This document shows, piece by piece, positions 12,571 to 26,694 of a DNA stretch of 64,000 bases. Below the pieces are notes generated by a model. The model was not told where the DNA came from. It worked only from the letters and a program-made list of their open reading frames with translations, and ran no database searches. This DNA is from Octopus sinensis (Eukaryota). The stretch spans positions 5,394,001-5,458,000 of the forward strand of contig NC_043008.1 in assembly GCF_006345805.1 (NCBI RefSeq), given 5' to 3'. The stretch's first letter is position 1. The number at the start of each line of letters is the position of its first letter. The position numbers and the translations under genes are program-made.

Positions 12571-13899
12571 AACCTTTAATGCTACATACAATCATGATGA
12601 TCATCATCATTCAACATCCTCCTTTCATACTGGCATGGGTTGGATGGTTTAACACAAGACTGAACCTTAAATCATGAGGTTAGGAGACAAACATCTTACT
12701 AGACAGCTATGCCTGTGTATTTTGGCAAGGGTTTTATGGCTGGATGCCTTTCCTAACACCAGCCACTCAGCAGAATGGATAGAGTGCATTTTACATTGCA
12801 CAAGCACAGGCGAGGTCAGTTTCAGCAAGGTTTTTACAGCTGGATGCCCTTCCAAATGCCAACCCTTTACTGTGTGGACTGGATGCTTTTTAAGTGGGAC
12901 CAGCACTGGCAGGGTCACCAAGTAACTTCCTAGATAAGCATCCTTTGAGAGCTGGAAGGGGAGCATTGGAGGAGGGGATCCTGTGCCAGATGATGAAAGG
13001 TTATAGTAAAACAGAGAGACAAAAACAGGTATCAATATATATCGCATTATTTTTATATAGGGCATTTAAACATACAAGGAATGGATAGAATTAAATGCTG
13101 AAGCATTATACTGCAAATAAAAGATGTTTAAACAATGCACTAGGATCTCTATCATTTGATAAAAGAAAAAAAAAACAACAGGTCTTTGTGTATCATCATC
13201 ATCATCGTTTAACGTCCGCTTTCCATGCTAGCATGGGTTGGACGATTTTGACTGAGGGCTGGCGAACCAGATGGCTGCACCAGGCTCCAATCTTGATCTG
13301 GCAGAGTTTCTACAGCTGGATGCCCTTCTTAACGTCACCCACCCACTCCGAGAGTGTAGTGGGTGCTTTTACGTGCCACCGGCACAAGGCCAGTCAGGCG
13401 GTACTGGCAACGACCTCACTTGAATCTTTTACACATGCCACCGGCATAGATGCCAGTAAGGCGATGCTGGTAACGATCACGCTCAAATGGTGTCTTTTAT
13501 GTACCACCAGCACGGAAGCCAGATAGCCACTCTGGCAATGATCACACTCGGATGGTGCTCTTGGCACCCTATTAGCATAGGGCTCGAGTGCCAGTAAAGT
13601 GATGCTGGTAACGATCACGCACACATGGTGTATAATTATCCTTTATCTTTTACTTGCTTCAGTCATTAAACTGCAGCCATGCAGAGTACCACCTAGAAGT
13701 ATTTTAGTCAAATGAATCAATCCCGGTACTTATTTTTTAAGCCTGGTACTTATTCTACTGGTCTCTTGTCAAACCACTAAATTACAGGGATATAAACACA
13801 CCAACGCCGGTTGTCAAGCAGTGGGGGGGGGGACAAATACAAACAAAAAAGACACAACACACACACACACACACATAAAGGTGGTGTGCTTCAGCCAGA

Positions 13900-14280
13900 C
13901 TCCTCACAGGTATAAAATCTTTTGGGGAAGGTAACAGTGATGGGGTAGGTGGTGTGGGCATAATCACAGAGAAATGGGTTGATAAGGTCAGAGTGTGCAA
14001 TAGAATACTTAAGCTTAGGCTGGTTTTGCAAAGTAGTACAGCAGCAGTTATCTCTGCCTATGCCCTTCAGGCGGGTCTGCCAAATGAACAAAAGGACCAC
14101 TTTTATGATATTCTTCTGCAGGTTACCTCAAAGACAAATGAGAATGACCTCATCTTCATGGCTAGTGATTTCAATGGATATGTTGGGTAGTACCCAAATA
14201 TCATCCATGGTGCACATGGGGGCCATAGAATTGGTTCCCAAAACGAAGAACAAACAAGGCTACTGGAGTTCTGTGATATC
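13900..14280 (+). mobile_element. RTE apurinic endonuclease fragment
   Basis: VDKVRVCNRILKLRLVL...VISAYALQAGLPNEQKDHFYDIL...ASDFNGYVG is typical of RTE-clade APE domains. Confidence 0.75.
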
Positions 14281-17200
14281 ATCATCATCATCATCGTTTA
14301 ACGTCCGCTTTCCATGCTAGCATGGGTTGGACGATTTTGACTGAGGGCTAGCAAACCAGATGGCTGCACAAGGCTCCAATCTTGATCTGGCAGAGTTTCT
14401 ACAGCTGGATGCCCTTCCTAACGCCAACCACTCCGAGAGTGTAGTGGGTGCTTTTTACGTGCCACCGGCACAGGGGCCTGGTGAGGCGGTACTGGCAATG
14501 ACCTCGCTTGAATCTTTTTACACATTCAGGGAATCTAATTCAATTAGATTGACCCCAGTATTCAGCGAGCACTTATTTTATCAACCCTAAAAGGATGAAA
14601 GACAAAGTTGACCCCAGTGGAATTTGAACTCAGAAGTATAATAATAATAATCCTTTCTAAAGGCACAAAATCTGAAATTTTGGGGGAAAGGACCAGTTGA
14701 TTACATCAAACCCAGTGTTTCACTAGTACTTAATTTATTGACCCCTGCAAAAGGATGAATGGCAAAGTCAACCTTGGCAGAACTTGGACACTGAACATAA
14801 AGATAGGTGAAAGGCCACCAAACAGTTTGCCCAATGGGCTAATGTTTCTGCTACCTCGCTACTGTAGCGTGTAGCCATTTTTAAATAATAGTGCCAATTT
14901 GTGGTAGCTGGCAATATGACGTAATGTCGTATTGCCAAAGAAATATGATTGTCGATTTTCCATTGGTTAATATAACTGCTCATATAGGAATTCTAAAAGT
15001 TAGTTAAAGAATATTTTTGTGATTTTGATTCTTGACGTAATGTCGTATTGCCGAAGAAATATGATTGTCGATTTTCCCATTGGTTAATATTACTGCTCAT
15101 ATAGGAATTCTAAAAGTTAGTTAAAGAATATTTTTATGTGATTTTGATACTTTAAAGTCAAGTTGAGCAGTTATAAAAACCCTGGATTTTGGGAAAAATT
15201 TCAGTGTTTGTTGGATGTAACTAAACTCCACGACACTCACTCCTTTGAGATATTGGTTATTTTTTATGCCATGCCCAAGAAAAATCCAACAAGTCTTGTT
15301 TGAACTGTTGAGATTTAATATAGCTACAATGAGGAATTAGTTAGCTAAAATATATAGTCGTAATTCTCTACGACAAAATTTACTTTTCTTCAAAATGTAT
15401 ATAATGTAAAAATGCTATATGTATATAATAAAAATTAATGTAGAAAATGTTTTCTCTTTCTTCACGTTCTTCAACTTATATATAAAATGTATTTCTGTAA
15501 TTATTAAACTGTATTTTTTTATAGTGGTTAAAAGAACACAAAATAATATTTAACATACATGCACGCTAATGTTCGTTAGTGTTCCAGAAAGTATATTTCT
15601 CACTATGGCGTTTATATAGCTGTAGTAAGTTAGAAGTGACGGTTTTATCATTATATACATCCTTACTTTAAGAGCTAAATAATTTTATCTATTTCCAAAT
15701 AGGAAACATAATAAGTAGCATTGCATTAACAGTAAACAAACTAACTAGAAAATATTCGCTATACTATCTAATATAAGAAAAACTGGGTAGTCCGCTATAC
15801 TACCTTAATAATAACAATGATGATGATGATGGTTTCGAATTTTGGTACAAGGCCAGCAAGTTCAGGGGAGAGGATTATATTAATCCCAGTGCTCAACCTA
15901 CTACTTGTTTTATTGACAGTAAATGGATGAAAGGCAAAGTCATCATCATCATCATCATTGTTTAACGTTCGCTTACCAGGCTAGCATGGGTTGGACGGTT
16001 TGACTGAAAACTGGCAAGCCAGGAGGCTGCACCAGGCTCCAGTCTGATCTGGAAGTGTTTCTACAGCTGGATGCCCTTCCTAACGCCAACCACTCCGTGA
16101 GTGTAGTGGGTGCTTTTTACGTGCCACTGGCACAGGTGCCAGGCGAGGCTGGCAATGACCAAGATCGGTTGGTGCTTTTTACGTGCCACCGGCACAGGGG
16201 CCAGTCAAGGCGGTGCTGGCATCGGCCACATCCGGATGGTGCTTTTTACGTGCCACCAGCACAGGGATCGCAACTACAGTTTCCATTTGATAGAGAAATT
16301 TGAACTCAGAAATATAATAATAATAAGAAGAAGCAGAAGAAACCCGTTGTACATGTGTGTGTGTGTGTGTGTGTATCTGTTTCCTCCTGCCCCCATCATT
16401 GCTTGTTGGTGGTTACATCCTCATAACAGTGGTTCAGCAAAAGAGATGATAGAATAAGTATTAGGTTTACTAAGAATAAGTCCTGAGGTTGATTTGACTA
16501 AAGGCGGTGCTCCAGCATGACTGAAACAAGTAAAAGAATACAGACAGACACACACACGTGTGTGTGCGTGCATCTATGTGATTGTGTTTGTTCCTCAGTA
16601 ACTTGACTTAACATGACACTGCATGATAGTAAAAGAGTAACAAAATATTTGCAGTGGAACTGAACTCAAGCGTTATAAAGCCACTAGGGTGTCTCAGTTC
16701 AATTTAAATCATACAAAACACCACACTTTCCAATTTCCCATCCTCTAAAAAATTCGAAGTACTTGTAATAAGGATGAAGGTCTCTGGAACACTTGAAGGG
16801 TGTCGGTCTTATCCTGTTACATTCAATTATGTCGAAAGGAAAACCAAAACTTCGACTATCTTCAACAGCAATAAATAATACTTTATTTTTGTCTGGATTC
16901 GCAAATAAAATATATACACATATATTTTCTTCAGGGCGAACCAGTAGCCAAGGCCATAAAACTATTCACAATAGTTAACTTGTGTGAGCCAAAATGCTGT
17001 CTCCGTTCCCGCGTAGAAGGGGGCTTCTTTATGTGTTGGGTTTTCCTTGAGAGAAGGTTGAGTTGTGTCCACTCGATAGGGCTGCAGCTTCAAAAAGACC
17101 GATCTAGCGGAAAAACTTTCTGTTGGCAGTTCTCTGTGCATACGCAAGAGGGAACTTCCGGTGGCCTACCGGAAGTAATGCAACTCTGCGCATGCACACT

Positions 17201-17932
17201 AAAAACTTCCAAAATAGCGTCACTACATACTTTTTTTTAAAATAACAAAAACATGAAGCCATATTTTCTGTTTACCTTATCTCTTATCTTTTACTTGTTT
17301 CAGTCACTGCACTGTAACCATGCTAGGACACTGCCTTGAAGGGGTTTAATTGAACAAATCAACCTCAGTATTAATCTTTTTTAAACCTGCTTTTATTCTA
17401 TCAGTTTTTTTTTTGTCAAACCACTAAGTTATGGGGACATAAACAAACCAGCACCAGTTGTCAAGCAGTAGTGAAGGACAAATACAAAGATACACACACA
17501 CAATATATATCAATGGGCTTCTTTTGGTTTCCATCTCTCAAGGCTTAGGTCAACCTGGGGCTATAGTAGAAGCTTGCCCATAGTGCCACATAGTGGGACT
17601 GTACCTGGAACCATGTGGTTGGGAAGCAAACTTCTTACCACACAGCTACACTTACACCTTAATCTAAAATTTTTTTTAATATTTTTAAAAAACCATGGCC
17701 ATCACTTGCAAATGATTGTCTTAGTAGCATGTACCATACTGTTACAAAGTGTTTTAGATGCTTATGTAAACATAGACACCATTTCAGCCCTCCCGTCCTT
17801 CAGCTAACAAAACATCAAAGATGAAATAGTTTGCTTAATGGTTAATCCAGCTAAGTACATGCTGAGAGCTTCAAGGGAAGGAGGGACCACAGACATTCTA
17901 AATGGTTTACAGCACAGACGAAATCACTTTAA

Positions 17933-18153
17933 CCCTTTAGTGTTTAAACCGGCCACATCCGGCCCAATATATTCTACATGTTTTATATTTGAACTAGCCA
18001 TATCTAGCCTCTCACACCTAACCTACATTGACAGTCTAAAAATAAACAATCACATCATTGAAACCTCAAAGCTATGAGATAATGCATGATTAATTCAAAA
18101 CAATTTGAGTGAAAAAGCATTACATTTAACAGAGTAATCTGAACATTAAAGGG
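17933..18153. mobile_element. piggyBac-like MITE
   Basis: TTAA|CCCTTTAGTGTTTA ... TGAACATTAAAGGG|TTAA: TTAA on both sides and a 14-bp imperfect TIR. Confidence 0.75.
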
Positions 18154-19406
18154 TTAAACTTGCTAAAATAATATTCAAAGTGGTTTATATGATTGAAAAT
18201 ATAACTTTGAAGTGCTCGTAGTGTCAAAATGAGAATCTGATCAAAGACTGCAATTAAGAAAAGTAGGTGAAAACTTTTCAAATATAAAGAGAATGTTTAC
18301 AAAAATAAACATTATTTTTCCATCTTACCATTAGTTTTGTTTCATTTTGAAAAATAAAAATTTATTTTATGGTTTATTATAGTTTATATTTTGAATCATA
18401 TATATATATATATATATATAAATGGATGAATGAATTATCCTTTGTTTACCGTTAACATGGAAAATTCAATAAACAGTTACCAGGGTAGTAAAATTCACGC
18501 AAGTAACAAGGATGTAGCGACCTATTCAAAGGTAGAAACTCCGGGTTAATGTGCAGTAATTTGTGTAGTATAAGTAAATAAATGGGGTTGAATGCAGTTA
18601 ACACACTTATAGAGCGATCTTACAAATGTAAGCACTGGCAGAAACATACCTTTAGCTCATATAAGTGATTTTACCAGACTTTATAGTTTGAACATTTAGT
18701 TCAACTTGCACTTTACTTCAATAGAGAAATCTATTTCTAAGCCTTTGAACATTTTTTCAACCAATATATCCCTCTTTATTTGTTCTCTACTTATTATTTC
18801 TTTACCTCTTCTCTTCCTAGTGCCTGCCTTTGACGTCGAATCTATTAACGTTTTTTTTTTAATACTTAATAGCGTTTTGTTTATCATTTATGCAGTCATC
18901 AAAATTGTTATAATGTCTTTTTGTTGAGATAGGTTCTCTTTCTTTCCTGATGAGAAGATTGCATTTTACACCGTTTATTCCTTTGGAATAAAACCAATGT
19001 TGTCTTCGAAACATATGTCAAAAGTAAAAGAATTTGAATAGCATCTGCATTCAACTCCATTTATTTACTTATATATATATATATATAAGGGCGGGGGCAC
19101 CAAAATCTTTTAAGTGCTTATGGCCTCTATATGTATTTATCTAGCCCTGTTCCCAATATACATAAAGATGGAATGGTATGAGCTGGAATGTCTTAGATCA
19201 TAGGTTTGCTCAGCCAGGCCTACATCAGATACAGGTTAAACAGCAACAGCAACAAAATACTACTTCAACTTTGTGTTCAAGTACCCAGCATTGGAAATGG
19301 CATCTAGTTTACAAACAAAAGCAAATTTGTTCCAACAACATGCAAAATGCTATTTTGTGAAAACCCATCCCAACTATAGATAAAGTGGATTATAAAACAA
19401 TTTTAC

Positions 19407-19461
19407 CAATATAATTGGTTTCCTTGGACAGCTTTTTACTGGTGCATAAGTATTCGTCATC
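19407..19461 (-). CDS. PAM: PHM/PAM coding exon 2
   Basis: ctcttttgttttag|GATGACGAATACTTATGC...TATATTG|gtaaaa; 55 nt, DDEYLCTSKKLSKETNYI(V), matching PHM DTYFC; phase 0 to 1 fits both neighbours. Confidence 0.9.
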
Positions 19462-19551
19462 CTAAAACAAAAGAGCAAATATCATTAGTGGCTTCCCCAC
19501 CAAATAAAAAAAAATCAGATTCATTGACAATTCTTAAAACAATAAAATTAA

Positions 19552-20680
19552 TCTTTATTATATATATAAAACTGAGAATGTGTGTCTGTCTGTCTGTCTG
19601 TGTGTTTCCCTAAAACTTGAGAACTACACAACCAATTTTTTAACTTTTTGCCTAGGGCGAGCCCACAGCAATATCACATCTTCTCCACTACGATTTCCTA
19701 AAACTTCAGAACTACACAACCAATTTCATTCAAATTTTACACATGCCTTACTTAGGGTCCATGTAGTTTCATGGGCAAAAAAAATGTTCAACTTCTTGCC
19801 TAGAGCGAGCCCATAGCAATATCATATCTCCACTATTTCAGTATTACGTGTTAAAAGTGAAACAAAAACATTTCTCTATTTTATGTCAGATACTTTCACT
19901 TTAACAATAAAAATAATAATAACAATTGAATTATATGTAGTAAGTAATAATTAAAATCAAACTAAAGTATAATATAATCGTAACATAACAAAAGTAAAAA
20001 TAGCAATTGGTATAAAATTGCATCAATGACTTGAACTTGAATAAGTGGTTTCACATGAATGGGAATAAATTAACAATAAAATTAGCGTGCAGAAATGGAA
20101 TAGTCCAGATGGATAATAAAAAATTAAATTAAAGAAAAGACTATTGCCTATAAAGTATACAATGTAGAGAAAAAAGAAGATTTGAACACATGGAGGAAAG
20201 CACCTTCGAAAAGTGTCTTGGTGTGACTATGAAAGATATCTAATCAGAGGCGGTAAATTTGCCACAACTGAAGCAAGGTTCGAGTCAACGGAGCGTGCAA
20301 GGGAGTACTCGACTCGAACTTGCAAAGTGGAAATATTTTATTTTTACCTTTATATCTGGGACGTAGGACGTCCTGGAAAAAAATTTTAAATGCCCCCCAT
20401 CCCCAAAGTAGAGGTAGGCTGGATTGTAGCCACACTTCTATACAAGAGGGAGGACAAGATACAATTGATCGAAATTACAAGAGACGGGCTAACAATTCCA
20501 GTCTGTTATATATTTTGAGCATTGTTGTCACTAGCGCTATCAAGATATAACTTTGTATTTTGTATTTTATGTGTAGATGTATATATATATATAGATGTAC
20601 ATGTAATATGTATACATATATATACACATATATACATGCACTAGCACTATGACCCGGCAACGCCAGGTCTTTAATGCTAG
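19552..20680 (+). mobile_element. Non-autonomous Helitron-like element
   Basis: A|TC 5' end with TATATATAAAA and a (TGTC)n run; 3' hairpin GACCCGGC-AAC-GCCAGGTC then CTAG|T, so inserted in an AT dinucleotide with no TSD. Confidence 0.7.
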
Positions 20681-21510
20681 TAGAAAATAAAATTCTGAAA
20701 GTATAATTCCAAAACACAGGCAATCCTAAACTTTGACATTGTAGCCTCAGGAACTATAATGAATAGGCTGGTTCCGATGACAGAGCTCTGGAAAGGTTCT
20801 TATGTAGTCCCTTGACCAGCTAGAAATAGCAGCCAAATCTTCAAATCACACCCTATCACTTAAAATAAAAAAGGACACATTGAATAATATTGTTCTAGAT
20901 ACACTGTCTGCAATAAAAGAGAAAAAAAGGCTGGATGGACATAGCTGGAATGTATTTGATAACAACTCTCCTGATTCAGGGTTGACCTTAATATATAGAT
21001 TGGTTGTTGATGTTCTTTATCCTAAATTGATCAGGGATCCCACTAGTAACCCTAACTTTTCTGACAATACCAACTGTCTCACTCATTCTGTTCCCCCTCC
21101 TATAATCATCATCATTATTTAACGTCCACTTTCCATGCTAGCATGGGTTGGACGATTAGACTGAGGTCTGGCGAACCAGACTCCAATCTAATCTGGCAGA
21201 GTTTCTACAGCTGGATGCCCTTCCTAACGTCACCCACACTGAGAGTGTAATGGGTGCTTTTACGTGCCACCAGCACGAGGGCCAGTTTGGTGGTACTGGC
21301 AATGGCCATGCCCAAATGGTGCTTTTTACGTGCCACCTGCACAGGAGCCAGTCCAGTGGCACTGGCGACGACCTCACTCAAATGTTTCACATGCCACCAG
21401 CACAAGTTTTAGTAAGGCGATGCTGTATCGATCACGCTTGAATGGTGTGTTTGATGTGCCATCAGCACGAAGGCCGGCTTGTTGCTCTGGTAACACCTTA
21501 ACCCTCCTAT

Positions 21511-21945
21511 AATGTAATAATGAAATTATTGTATGCAGTGCTCAGGTGCATCACAACTTGTCGAAAGTGCGTATAAAGTATATGCAGTAATGTACAAATG
21601 TCTGGAAAGGGAACAGTCAGATACATGCTTGTGTGTATGGAGGGAAGAAAATCAGGTGTAGTGTTGGCGAATCTCAGGAAGCATGGAAGTTTTGAAAGAT
21701 GCAGTGCTCCGACAACTAACAACTGATGCCGGCAGTTTGTTCCATGCTTCAGCAACTCTTAGCGTGAAAAAATGTTTCCGAAAGTCATGGGAGCTGTGCT
21801 GTTTTTGACTTTATAAACATGTACACGGGTATTAGACAGGTGGAGTTTGAAAAGGTGCTCAGAGTTATTGTTTGTAAGATGGTTAATAATTTTATGGGTG
21901 TCTGCCAAGTCAGTTGCCAGACATCGGAGTTTCAATGCATCCTCA
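21511..21945 (-). mobile_element. CR1 3' fragment
   Basis: LKLRCLATDLADTHKIINHLTNNNSEHLFKLHLSNTR, plus the CR1 3'UTR and ATT tail. Confidence 0.85.
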
Positions 21946-24568
21946 CGCCTCACTCACAAACCTCTCATAATATCACTTCCTTGCATCATCCATTTTACTT
22001 ATTTAAGAGAATCTGCATCACTTTTGATACACTTTTCTGCAAGAATATTCTGGCATCCATGCTAGCGGGGTGCAAAGAGCACCATACGAGTGTGATCGTT
22101 TGACAGAGCAGCTAACCGGCTTCCATGCCAGTGGCATATAAAAGGGCACCATTTGAGTGTGATCGTTACCAGCGTGGCCTTACTGGCACTTGTGTCCATG
22201 CTAGTAGGGTGCCAAGAGCACCGTCCGAGCGTGATTGTTGCCAGAGCAGCTGACTGGCTCCGTGCCAGTGACACGTAAAAGGGCACCATTCAAGCCTGAT
22301 CGTTACCAACATCGCCTTACTGGCACCTGTGCCGGTGGCATGTGTAAAGAGATTCGAGCGTGGTCATTGCTAGTACTGCCTGACTGGCCCCCCATGCAGT
22401 GGCACGTAAAAAGGCACCATTTGAGTGTGATCGTTACCAACATGGCCTTACTGGCACCTGTGCCGGTGTCATGTGTAAAAAGATTCGAGCGAGGTCATTG
22501 CCAGAACCACCTGACTGGCCCCTGTGCTGGTGGCACGTAAAAAGCACCCACTACACTCTCGGAGTAGTTATCGTTAGGAAGGGCATCCAGCTGTAGAAAC
22601 TCTGCCAGATCAAGATTGGAACCTGGTGCAGCCATCTGGTTCGCCAGCCCTCAGTCAAAATCGTCCAACCCATGCTAGCATGGAAAGCATACATTAAACG
22701 ATGATGATGATTCCAATTTGGAATACTTCATAACATATCTCTCATCCTTATGGTACAAAATATTAGGAAATCTACAATCAGCTGTTCTATGGTGAGGTAT
22801 ACCTGATGTATTCCCTTCTTCTTTAGTTTCTTGATATCATTTCATTTTTCAACTCCTCCCAGGTTTGTTATTTAGCATTTATAAACCTAATCATAATTTA
22901 CTATCACCCACTTCTCTCTTCTTCTTAAAATGGGTTATTTTTTATACTCAAAATATTAAGCTAAAATGAATTACATGTCAGTTCTTTTGTAATGCCTGTC
23001 TCAGTTTTCATTTCAGATTTCACACTTGTTCACACAAATTTTCTCAAACAAAATTCTACACACACACACACACACATTAGGCCTCACCAAGGCAATGACT
23101 AGTGACTGAGACCTTTGGAAATATGCTGTGCGTGAGAAAAGCCGGCAGGACAAGCAAGTCCATAACCCGTGGCTTTTGCCAGGGATGTAGCCAGCCCACT
23201 TATGCATACCTTTCCTTCTTTGGACACAAAACTCTGCTTGCAAAGTCCTGTTGAGGCAAGTGAAATCGAAATTGAATTCGAAATCGAACCACATCCGACG
23301 ACTGGCACCCATGCCAACCTCCCTTCATTGGACACTAAACTCTGCTTGCAAAGACTTGTCGGGGCAAGTGAAATCAAAATTGAACCAAATCCTATGACTG
23401 GCACCCAGCCATTGCCAGTGCCGCTGGACTGACTCCTGTGCAGGTGGAAAGTAAAGAAACACCATTTCGACCCTGTGCTTGAGGAGACCTATTGAGTCAA
23501 GTACATCAACATCAAAAATTAATAGAAATTGTAGCTGTGATCCCTGTGCCGGTGGCACGTAAAAGGCACCATCCGAACGTGGCCAATGCCAGCGCCACCA
23601 TGACTGGCTTCCGTGCCGGTGGCACGTAAAAAGCACCAACCGATCATGGCCGTTTGCCAGCCTCATCTGGCACGTAAAAAGCACCATCCGAACATGGCCG
23701 ATGCCAGCGCTGCCTTGACTGGCCCCTGTGTCAGTGACACGTAAAAAGCACCCACTACACTCACGGAGTGGTTGGCATTAGGAAGGGCATCCAGCTGCAG
23801 AAACTCTGCCAGATCAGACTGGGGCCTGGTGCAGCATCTTAGCTTCCCAGACCCTGGTCAAACCATCCAACCCATACTAGCATGGAAAACGGACGTTAAA
23901 TGATGGTGGTGATGACACACATAAAACAGATGAAATTTGCAGAACTATTACTGTTTCCTTCTCTGAAGGATACATTAGTCAGAGGAAGGGAGAACTTATG
24001 ATCTTAAGAAGCCCCCACAAACAATAAGACTGATGCTGTTGTGCTTAGTTTGAATATTTGTAGGTTAATGTCAGCAGATAATTGTAACAGGATGACAAAT
24101 CTGCTTAGTGAAAAACAAAAGGGATTATAAAAAGAAAACAAGACAGATGTGTCTAGTAGGCCTGGATAGAGGAGATATATAGTTAAATTCAGAGCTGTAG
24201 AGCCTACAGTTGTAGTGAAAGAAGTTATATAAAGGGGAAACAGTTTGTGTTGCTATAAGTGTTGCTAATGTACAGAAAGAAGAATGTGTGAGGTCTAACA
24301 AAATCTTGAAGTAGAATAGAATTGATAGAGTGTAGGATGGGAAGAGCTGTGTCCTCACATGATGCAATGGAACCATCTACCAACCATCTTTGTATCTTGG
24401 AAAGAACAGGTGGCCACTACTCTGCTGCTGCTGCTGCGGCGGCGGCGGCGGCAGCAGCAGTAGCAGTAGTAGTAGTTGCTGTTGTTGTTTCAGTGTTCCC
24501 CTTAAAACATAATGACAATAAATAGATATCAAGAAAATTAAGAGATCAGGCTGAGAAATCATACTCAC

Positions 24569-24766
24569 CTTAGACGGTCTTGCTCCAGGCATAGAGATTG
24601 TTATTTTCTGTAGATCTAAATCCTCAAGGTTCTTCACCTTCCTCGTCACTGGATCTAAACAAGTATTTTTCTCTGAGACCACATGAGTAGTAATGGTACT
24701 TAGGAAAGTGCAGACCAGCAGCAACAAAGCCAACAGCCAGGAGGCATGCGGCAGAACTGAGATCAT
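24569..24766 (-). CDS. PAM: PHM/PAM first coding exon (signal peptide + PHM N-terminus)
   Basis: ATG at 24766 gives MISVLPHASWLLALLLLVCTFLST (signal-like), NTCL and ISMPGARPSK (cf. PHM RMPGVTPK). 198 nt, ends at a consensus donor AAG|GTGAGTAT (phase 0). Acceptor tttcacag| at 24823 adds 57 nt of 5'UTR containing an in-frame stop. Confidence 0.9.
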
Positions 24767-26694
24767 AGTGACTGTGGAAAGGGTCCTTCCAGCTGGGCAG
24801 CTAAAGGAATTTTAATTCAGTACCTGTGAAAGTAAATCATTTACAAAGTTGAATTATATAAGGAGGCGGTAATACAAGCATACAAACATACATATCATCA
24901 TCATCGTTTAACGTTCGTTTTTCATGCTAGCATGGGTTGGACGGTTCGACCGGGGTCTAGGAAGCCAGAAGGCTGCACCAGGCTCCAGTCTGATCTGGCA
25001 GTGTTTCTACAGCTGGATGCCCTTCCTAACGCCAACCATTCTGTGAGTGTAGTGGGTACTTTTTAAGTGCCACCGGCACAGGTGCCAGGGGAGGCTGGCA
25101 GCAGCACGATCGGCTGGTACTTTTTACATGCCTCTGGTACAGAAGCCAGTCAAGGGGGCGCTGGCATCGACCACGTTCAGATGGTGCTTTTTACGTGCCG
25201 CCGGCACAGGTATCATAACTACAATTTCCATTTGATATTTATTTTGATGTTGATGTACTTCACTCAATAGGTCTCCTCAAGCACAGCAGGTCGTTCTGCA
25301 ATACAAGGTACTTTGGATGGGCTGGGGCTATGCAAAACTGGGGCAGGAAACATCCATGAACTCACATTATTTGTCAGGTCTTTGCAGTCACAGCATATCT
25401 CCAGAGATCTCTGTCTTTCATCATTGCCTCTGTGAGGCCCAACGTTCGAAGGCCATGCTTGACTACCTCATCCCATGTCTTCCCAGGTCTACCTCTCCCC
25501 TGATACCTTCAACTGTTTGGGAGTGGCACTTCTTCACACATCTTTCCTCATCCATCTGCAGTACATGTCCATACCAGCGCTAACGTCTCTCTTGCATACC
25601 ACATCTGATAGAAAAACACAGATGTTTTGTTTCAAACGAGAAAAAGAAAGTAACCATGTTGCTATCCTCACCAGTTTAATATTTGTTGGTTTGGGTTTTT
25701 ATTCTTTGATTTCTCTCCCTCTGTGAATAACTCACTTCCTTGAAGACAATCTGTTGAACCCCAACCAGTATGGTTTTCCATGATGGCAGAGACTACTTGT
25801 CACAGCTTTTGCACTGTTTTGATGACATTTTAAAATCCCAGACCAACCTCTACACCTGGATATGTCTCCAACAATAATAACTCTTTGTTAGAGTGGACCG
25901 TGGTGCCCCCCCCCCCCATCATCATCATCATCACCACCACCATCATCATCAGCATCAGCATTGTTTAACATCCATTTTCCATGCTAGAATGGATTGGACG
26001 GTTCGACCGGGGTCTGGGAAGCCAGGAGGCTGCACCAGGCTCCAGTCTGATCTGGCAGTGTTTCTACAGCTGGATGCCCTTCCTAACACCAACCACTCCG
26101 TGAGTATAGCGCCAACCACTCCGTGGTCCCCATATATGACTAAAAGACTTCACCAGGTGGTGCTATTAAGTTGACATGGCTTTGGCCTATACTGGCTCAA
26201 AGTTATTGAAGTTATATGTTTTGATTCTCCATACAACGTTTCAAAGATTTTAATGGCTAGGCAATGTTCCTAAATCCCTAAATCAACAAACTATCAAAAT
26301 TCAACAAGCATGTTCGTCATAAGCTTTCTAATGCTTGGCCCAGTCATTCCTCTTATTGGCTCAAAATGGGTGGGGGGGACACCATCAATTTTGGTAAGTA
26401 TTTAATCAACAAAATAACATACACACAGAATTATAGAGTGGGTAGCAATGTCTTCCATAGATACTTTGTACCCTTAACACAAAACTAAAGGATAATCAGC
26501 ATGACAAAGGGCTAAAGTAGGGATGATCCCTTTTAATTGTAATTACAACCCATCCAATGAGCTTTCCATACTGGTAACCCAATTTCACTCACAAGGCTCA
26601 AGTCAACTAAAGACCAAAAAGAACACATTATACTTAAGATGGCATACAGTGAGATCAAAGCTGGCAAGCTTCTAACTATCCAGCCATACTTTCA

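Noticed and set aside
24322-24525. Poly-Ala / poly-Gln ORFs
   Set aside because: (GCN)/(GTA) trinucleotide microsatellite in the intron just after the donor at 24568.
25893-26174. His-rich ORF (PPPHHHHHHHHHH)
   Set aside because: It is the (CAT)n tail of a minus-strand RTE 3' end.
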